Below, one piece after another: positions 55,801 through 64,000 of a DNA stretch of 64,000 bases. Location: positions 26,662,001-26,726,000 of the forward strand of contig NC_087250.1 of assembly GCF_037042905.1 (NCBI RefSeq), in the 5' to 3' direction. This DNA comes from Lytechinus pictus (taxonomy: Eukaryota). Each line of letters starts with the position of its first letter. The stretch's first letter is position 1. Made by a program: the position numbers and the translations under genes. The notes under the pieces are model-generated. The model searched no databases. It saw only the letters and a program-made list of their open reading frames with translations, and was not told the origin of the DNA.

Positions 55801-56637
55801 ATTCAAGTAAAAGGCTAGCTTTTGTTTGCGCATGGAAACGCACTGTTACGATCTTATAAGCGACTCGGTCTTAACATGCAACTCGCAGCGTAAGTTCTCG
55901 AAAAAGTGTTCTATTGCAAATAACGTCTGCTACCGGTTTCACGCCTGAACTTGAGGCGATCTTCAGGCAGACTGACGTTGTTGACTATTTATGTGGTGTG
56001 GCGGGTCAATTTGACGCTTCGGTGGTTTCCGGTTTAGTCTCGTTTGGTGTCTGCACTTTGAAATAAGTTCCAACCTTTTGTTTAGTGAGTTTCTGTTTGT
56101 TTTTATGGATACTTTTCAATGTTCTTTTCCTTCAGATTCCAGGGGCGGATCCAGCGTTCACCAAGGGGGGTGGCCCGGATTTTTTTCAGCCACATTTTCC
56201 CCGATCGGCCGCTCGAAGCTAAATTTTGTTTGTTTATATATAAATATATATAAATATGTTAATATAATATCATAAGCCTTATTTAAAAAGTACGAGCGCA
56301 AAGCGCGAGCAGAAATTTTTAATATACGTTTTGATCTGATGAAAAAGGATCTGTTAACGGCAGCTTGTAGGCCATGGAGACGTTACACATTTCAAGTATC
56401 AAATAATGCGACCGCGAAGCGCGAGCTGAAATTTTGACATTTTAACCTAGAGAATGGAAAAGGAAAAGTTTAACTAAATAATCTAATTAAACTCGAGATA
56501 TTTGTAAATCATAAAAAGGATGAGTAATTGGAAATCTTCCTGCTTAATAATGCGAGCGCAAAGCGCGAGCAGACAATTTTTGATATTGTGATCTGAAATT
56601 GGATAATGATTTATATTTATATTTATTTTTAATATAT

Positions 56638-59600
56638 GTGGGCCATCCTGGGAAAATGGGTATTATAGGTGAAATTTGGGATTTTTGTTTTTTTATGTTT
56701 TCTGGTACCTGGACACATGTACAATGTGTATAAAAAATATTAGAGTCTAATTCATATTTAAATTAGAGATATGGCCAATTGAATCAGGGGTACCCCCCCC
56801 CCTGCCTGCCTGTATGGGTCGTCATGGTAGTCGGGCTTATTATTCATCTTTTCATGATAGGGAAATGTTGGTGCTTTTGTAACGCCCAACATACCTGGCA
56901 TACGCGAGGTGATCTTTTGTAGTGCAGACATAATTTCATATATATACACAGCTAGGTGAATACAATAAAACAAATTATTCTACATATTCAACCACACCCA
57001 CACTAGAACCCACACCCACACACTCACATTACATGCAAAAAAAACCCTTATGGAGACTATTTGTAATACTATATATAGTTCGTCATAGCGCGTAGTTTTA
57101 ACATGGGAGGAGGTTCCCAGATCCAATGACCAGGGGCAGATGGTGTTGGATTATTCATCTGATTTTGTTGTTGTTGGGGGGGGGCAGCTTATCTTTTTTT
57201 TGGGGGGGGGTGCCCACCCCCACAGGCGCCGCAGAAATTTTTTTTGAAAATGGGAGGGGCTAACCATGCAAAAAAAAATCACAATCAAATGGTATTTTTT
57301 TTTACATGTTTATACATGCGTTCTGGGGGGAAAAAAGTGGGGCCAAAGCCCCTGCCCACCTCCATCCTAGATTTGTCCCTACCCATAACCCCCCCCCAAA
57401 AAAAAAAAATAGACACCACCTTGCTGTTTGTCCATACTTCACTTTCTCGTACAATCTAAAAAAAGAATCATGCTTAAGCTTTGGAAAATAAACACAAACA
57501 AAATTCAATTTTGTAAAACCAAGTTTTTTCGGTGGCAATAAACAATAGTGAAAAGCTGATGCGAGCTACATTTCATAAAGATTTAATATGACAGCAACTC
57601 TTCAAGAAATATCAACTCTCTTTGAAGTAGCGAATCAGGAAGCAGAAGGTTCACTGTTTTCATTCGAGCAAGGGATCATATCAACATTTCATGAAATGGG
57701 CCACATTTGGTTTCTTTTTAGGGATGGGGAAGTCATGAAAATATATTTCACAAATTGCTGCCTTGTCCTCATCTAAGATCTTTCCATATATCATATTCCC
57801 TCTATTTGGAAAATCCAGTTGATAGCTTATCTGGGAGTATCTGAGAGAGTATGTCAGCAGGATTCACCAAAGGGGATAATTTTCTTCCTCTGCATTGTTT
57901 GTTTTCTTCATGTTCCAGTCTTAAAAATGCCACGTTCCGATGACTCGAATCTGCATGTTTGATGAATACATACATAAAAACAATCACAGTTCACCGATAT
58001 TAATGTGTTATAAAAACAGGCACATTATACTCTCATTTCTTCATGATTCATGGACATTTATCAACAACATGATATTTAACATACATTACCTTTTCACTCT
58101 TTGACTTTGTGTAAATGTTACTTATAAAGGTGGAAGTACTCCCTGATGTCATATTTTTCTACCAAAAATAATAAGATTAAACTATTGTTGGGTAAAAAAA
58201 AATCCCTCCTAAATTCATGAGATGTTCATATTTAAATGTTTAATTTTGATATATCACTTGCAAAAAGTTTTCTCTGCATGAGCCTTTATCCAAATTCTAT
58301 ATTTTTTCATTTTTTATGGTTTTTATCATTTTATATTTTTTTATATTTTCCATAATTCTAGATTTTATGTACTAATAGTGGTAAAATTAATTTTAAAACA
58401 ATATCTTATAAAACGGCAATTAACCAAATTCGTGGAAAAATCGGTTACAACTGACATGATAAAGTCAAAACTGGCACACTATTTCCATACAGAAAATGGA
58501 TAAAGCATGGAAAGCTACCTGAAGCTGTGGTAATGGTGAATCCCATATCAGAGTCTTAAAGTACTTCTTGAAGGGCTGCTGTCAGCTGTATGTTGGTTCT
58601 GAGATGTCTTGTCCTCACTGCACTAATACAGTTGCTCTGTAGATACCGTGCCTTTAACATGTTTAACAGAACGAAAGAAAACAAGGCCAATTAGTTAACA
58701 AATTTTCAGAGTTAAAGTTTATTTTAAAAAAAAACTACTTAAGAAAAAAAAAAAAAAAAAAAAACAATTAAAACTATAATAATTTTTTTTTATTTTCAAA
58801 AATATGCCTTTTCATTTTTTTTTTAATATTGAATGATTTTGTGTAGAAAGTTGGCGAACCTCATGTAATGTAGCTCGACCAGATTGTAGATAAAAATAAG
58901 AAATACCCCCCCCCCCCTCCCACCCGCCCCCAAAATATATTGTTATTTTTTAATTAATTTCTTATAAATTGTGACAATCTGTTTTCTAGTTATAATTTCG
59001 ATATCATTTGCACAGCTTTGGTGAACCTCATACCAAATGGACCCCACTCCCTCCGAAAAAAAACCAAATTTATAATCAGAAGTCCGACAAATAAGAATTT
59101 GTTAGGAGAGGGGATTTGAAAAATGTCCATAATTAACCGATTTAAAAGGGTACTCCGAGCTGAAAATAATTTCATCAAATGTAAGCAAATGCTGCAAATT
59201 TCATCAAAATCTGATAACAACTAGATCTAAAAGGGTTTTCCATGCATTATAAAAACAGTTATATGCACGTCTTAATAAATATTCGTTAGATGGGCTGATG
59301 ATGACACCCCACTTTAACTTTTCTTATATCAAAACATGAAATCATAGGATGGGGGGTTGGGTGTCAGGACACTTTATATTTTTGAAGCCTTCTTTTTTGT
59401 CTTTGGATTACACTAAAAATACGAATTCAATACTTGTAATCATCTTCTATTTTGTTCTTTATAATATTTCCTAACATTTTGTACTAAAAATTGATGAAAC
59501 TTCACTTGTAATTTTTTCCAAATGACTTTCTAAAATTGATCGTCCGGACACACAACCTGTCCGGACACACAACAACTGGGTATACTTATTTTATTTGGTC

Positions 59601-60428
59601 ATACGTGTGTGAATGATATGTCACCCTTTTGCATTAATTAATATCTAGTCTTGGAGGGGGGGGGGAATAGAACAAACATAATTTCATGTAACAAGGTGAG
59701 ACATCTTTGCATCAGTTTGTCAAGTAAATTCATAAAAACATGCATAGAACTGTTTCACCGAAATCCATATCTTTAAATTATCATAGCTCTTTTACTCCTT
59801 GTCCAATTTTGATTTTTTTTATATACATTTTTTACAAACTTGTTGCATGTGATAGATTTATCTTACATGGTTACAAGTATGTAACAAAGGCCTATCTAAG
59901 TAGGTGCAGATCTAAATCTAGTTGATAGCCTAGGCAGACATAAGTTAGATGTTAAAAAGGCCGTCAAAGTCCTGGACAAATACCGCAAATCGCTGCAGCA
60001 GTCGCATGTAATTTGACGTTTAAAGTCGTTCCTAAAAAAGCTCTCTCTCGATCGATCCATATAAACACGCAACACAAAATTCACATTCACACGTTTAGTT
60101 GCCATGTTCCTCGCATCGCAATTATCAATTAATTTAACAAAACAACTCAATCTGCAATATAGTTTAACTTACCTTCATGGATTTCAGCCAAGGGAATTAA
60201 ATCCAATCAACATATATCCGAACCCGCCACCAAATATATCGAGCCGATATCCACAGTTCTGAAAAATAAAAATGCGCCTGACATTTTTTTTTATTTCCCG
60301 CCGGTTGTTTGTTTTGTTTTTCCTCGCGACGCGCGCCAGACAAAAGTTTGATGACACGCGTATTTAAATGACGTCCTAGCGCATTTATTGTCTCTCACCA
60401 ATAGTCTGGTTTTCGCGCGACGCCATAC
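56638..60428 (-). mobile_element. Decayed DNA transposon with an intron-containing transposase relic (Sola1-like)
   Basis: ATAT on both flanks and weak TIRs (12/19). Relic exons 58519-58651 and about 57600-57950 splice to TYS*QQPFKKYFKTL/GIHHYHSFRFESSERG. Confidence 0.5.
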
Positions 60429-61697
60429 ATATGTTTTGATCTGATCAAAAAAGGATCTTTTAACGGCTGCTTGTTAGCCATGAAGACGTTACATTTTTTA
60501 TCTATCAAATAAAGCGAGCGCGAAGCGCAAGCTAACAATTTTGACATTTCTACCTGAAGAATTGAAATTCTAAGAACTTTTTGTAATCGTGAAAAGGATA
60601 AGTATATAACTAAACAATTGACGCGAGCGCGAAGGGCGAGCGAAAAAAATCTGGAGACTCCATTCATGTTTTTAAATCATGAGAAGGAGGAGTAATTTGA
60701 GATTTCCCTACATTAATAACGTGAGCGCAAAGCGCGAGCAGACAATTTTTGATATTGTGATCTGAAATTGGATAATGATTTAAATAGAGAACAATCTGCA
60801 GATCTAAATCAACGCGTGTTTCAGATTTCGACACAGTATATGGGTATTCTAAATACCTTTATTTTCATGAAAATCAATAAAGCGAGTGCAAAGCGGTAGC
60901 TAAAAATATTTGATATTCGCATCTAGACAGAGTCAATTTAAGCTCTGTATTTCAAGCACTTTGTGGGAAAATTGTAAGGTGGATATGGATCACAGTTAAA
61001 AAAGGGATGATGTCTAATTGATATTACTTTGAGTTTTTGGTATAAGACCGGGACATTATGTCATCATATGAAAATGATGACTATCTTCCTATTTCTCTTC
61101 TTAAGAATGATGGCGCGAAATCTGTAAATATTATGGCCTGAAAACTGGACGTTTAAAACACTTTTGTAATTATGAATAAGATGCATGAGTTAAATATCTC
61201 TTAACAATCAATGCGAGCAGAAATTGCGAGCCGAAATTTTTGATAAACTATTATCAAATTGGAAATTTGAATATAAATGTACATAACTCACCCATCAAAA
61301 TGTGAGAGTGCAGCGCTAGCTGATACGTTTTTACAATCTGACCCGAATAGGAATATTTTGATAACTTTATGGAATACAGGAAAATAATAGGTACCTGACA
61401 TATCAAAGTTTGCGAGCGCGCAGCGCAAGCAGAAAATGTTAATATTCAGACCATAAAACATAAATTTTTACAGAGAATTTTTTATATCAATTTGTAAATA
61501 AAAAAAATAATGAAATTACTATTTCTGAGCTGAAATATGTTTTGTATATTGACTTTAATATTTGATATTTTAAGCTCCATATTGAGCAAGATATGTAAAT
61601 CACCTAAATGGCAATGCGAGTGCAAAGTGCGAGCGAAAATGTTATATCCCGACATGAAAGATTTTTTAATCATTTTCCAAGTCTTCCCCTCAACTTA

Positions 61698-63857
61698 ATA
61701 TTATGGTCAAATCTAATAAAAAGAAATATTTTCATAAGAAAATTTTTTATTGTAAAAATAACAGCAGCGAATTATGGAAATGTATTAAAGAATTATTACC
61801 TTCAAAACATAAATCTTCCTTGAATAAGATTGTTTTTGATGGAAATGAATATGATGATCCACTGAATATTGCCAACCATTTTAATGATTATTTTGTGTCA
61901 GTTACTAAAGACTTGATTGAAGATTTTAGTGATGTCACTGATATTAATTCTTCACCACATCAAACTGATCATCCAAACTCATCCCAAGAAAATTTTCTTT
62001 TTAACTTACCGATAGTAAATTCCGATAAAGTCACAAAGGCTATTAAAACTTTAAATACAAATTCGTCTTGTGGCCTTGATGGAATAAGTTGTAAAATGAT
62101 TAAATTATGTGGTCACGTTTTGATTCCTTCTTTAGTATCTTTGATAAAAAATTCTTTTTCATCCTGCTCTTTTCCAAAGGAATGGAAGGAAGCTAAAAAT
62201 TTTCCCCTTCATAAATAGGGTAGTACTGAAGAAATTAATAATTATAGGCCGATTTCAGTGTTAAGTATTGTTTCCAAGATTGTAGAATAGATTGTTAATA
62301 CAGAACTAGATTCGTTTCTGAATGTTTCTGGATTATTATGTGAAAGCCAATTCGGGTTTAGAAAAAAACATTCAACTGAAACTGCATTAGTGTATATGGT
62401 TAATGATTGGTATACAAGTATTAGTAATGGGAAAATGGTCGGTGTAATTTTAAAAGGCCTTCGATTTGGTAGATTTGGATTTGCTGTTATTAAAATTGCA
62501 AAAATGTGGTTTCTCATCAGACTCAATCAAATGGTTTAATTCTTATCTATTTAATAGATCACAACGTGTTAATATAAATGGGGTACTTTCTGAAACTAAA
62601 GAGATGCGGAAAGGAGTACCGCAGGGATCCATATTGGGCCCAAAATTATTTTCCATATTTATAAATGATATGCCTAATGTAATGAAACACTCTAAAATAG
62701 TTACGTACGCAGACGATACATCTATTTATGCTGAAGGTGATAGTTTAACTGAAATACAAAATAAATTACAATTGGATTTAGAAAATGTAGCCTGCTGGTT
62801 AGAAAAAAACCGTATGATGATGAATTATGAAAAAACAAAATGTATGATTATTGGTACACGTGTTCGACTTGCAAACTCTATTCATTCCAATGAATCTCAG
62901 TTAAAAATAATTTGTAATGGTCACGAGATTATACAAGTTCAATCCTTTGAATGTTTAGGTATTCTTATTGATAATGAATTATCATGGAAAGAACATGTAT
63001 CTAAAGTAGCCAATAATGTTAGCAGGGAGTTAGGTATCCTACGAAGGTTAAAAGGTTGTGTCAATGAAAATACTTTACTCACTTTATATAATGCTATGGT
63101 TTTGCCATTTCTAGATTATTGTTGTATTGTCTGGGGGGATAAATTCAAAGAAGATACCGAAAGATTGAATAAGTTACAGAAAAGAGCTGCAAGGATAATT
63201 TTAAATGCCCATTTCTTGACCCCTTCGGAAAATTTATTTGCCCTCTTAGACTGGAAAAGATTTGAAGATAGAGTTCGCATATTTAGATTTATTTTAATGT
63301 TCAAATGTATGAAATGTATTTCTCCCACTTGTCTGTCCAAACTATTTACTTTTAGGAAAGAAATTCATTCACACTGTACAAGAAGTTCCTCACAAAATAA
63401 GTTACACTTCCCAAAATGTCATATTGAATCATTCAAACACTCATTTCATTATCAAGCCGTCTCATTATGGAATAGTCTTCAACCTGAACCTCAAAACATA
63501 AATTCCCTCACAATTTTTAAGAAATATTTAAACGGTAACCTTTAAATCCAGTTGCAGCTTCTTCTTTTTTCCAATAGTAGATATCTCCAATGTCAATTTC
63601 GATTATTATGTTCTATGTATGTATATTCCCTTCTTTCCAATGATGTGCGTAGTTAATAGTTATTTATAGTTTCATTTATATCTTACTTCAACTATTATGT
63701 TATATTACAATGTATGTATATTTTCTGTTAATTTTACTGTGTATAATAAGATATATTGTGATTGTTTTTTTATATGCAGGACCCCAAGGGAGAGCAATTT
63801 TTATGTTGATTGGGTATCCTGTTGAAATATTGTTAATAAATAAATAAATAAAATAAA
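61698..63857 (+). mobile_element. 5'-truncated CR1/L2-group LINE with a disrupted RT ORF
   Basis: NYRPISVL, QFGFRK, GVPQGSILGP, YADD; in-frame stops at about 62216 and 62288 and a frameshift near 62455; (TAAA)n tail; AACTTA on both flanks. Confidence 0.9.
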
Positions 63858-64000
63858 CTTATTTTATTAACTCGTCTTCCTCTTCTTATGTTTTACTTTT
63901 TTCTCCTCTCTTTTCCCTTTTTTGTCTCTTTTTGCTCCGCCTATAGGGGGGCCGGGCCCCTGGGGGCCCCCTGGATCCGCTTATAGATTCCATATGAATT

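Larger units (their letters stand above)
56141..63984. mobile_element. Composite non-autonomous DNA element rich in GCGAGCGC(G/A)AAGCGCGAG motifs, carrying nested inserts
   Basis: Termini AGGGGCGGATCCAG / CTGGATCCGCTTAT flanked by AGATTCC on both sides; the motif recurs in 56290-56570 and 60510-61640. Confidence 0.6.

Noticed and set aside
60173..60178. ATG AAG|GTAAGT as the first coding exon of the Roco gene
   Set aside because: It ends in phase 0 while the 54996/54987 exon needs phase 1, and it lies inside a transposon-like segment.

Overview
AT-rich, intron-rich animal genomic DNA; the repeat families resemble sea urchin or other echinoderm ones, which is an inference. The window lies inside one large minus-strand gene for a Roco-family (Roc GTPase + COR) protein. 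I reconstructed 14 GT-AG exons between 54996 and 1260 (2003 nt, about 667 codons). They join in phase with no stops and carry G1 GQERVGKT, G2 TDG, G3 WDFAGQ, G4 GTHRD and COR motifs. Both ends of the gene lie outside the window. The introns are packed with transposons: a Mag/SURL-type Gypsy LTR element with a hAT-type insert, three CR1/L2-group LINEs, a Tx1/L1 LINE, two Academ-like elements, a 1.46 kb fold-back element, a five-level transposon nest, a spliced Sola1-like transposase relic, MITEs and SINEs. The most striking observations are (i) a short element with a 7SL/Alu-domain head, (ii) a roughly 65 bp hairpin in the Tx1 3' UTR whose 14 non-Watson-Crick pairs are all G-U on the element's sense strand, and (iii) about 135 residues between Roc G2 and G3, encoded by small exons spread over about 29 kb. 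Most short ORFs in the track are spurious. TE superfamily names come from termini, TSDs and motifs read by eye, not from database searches.
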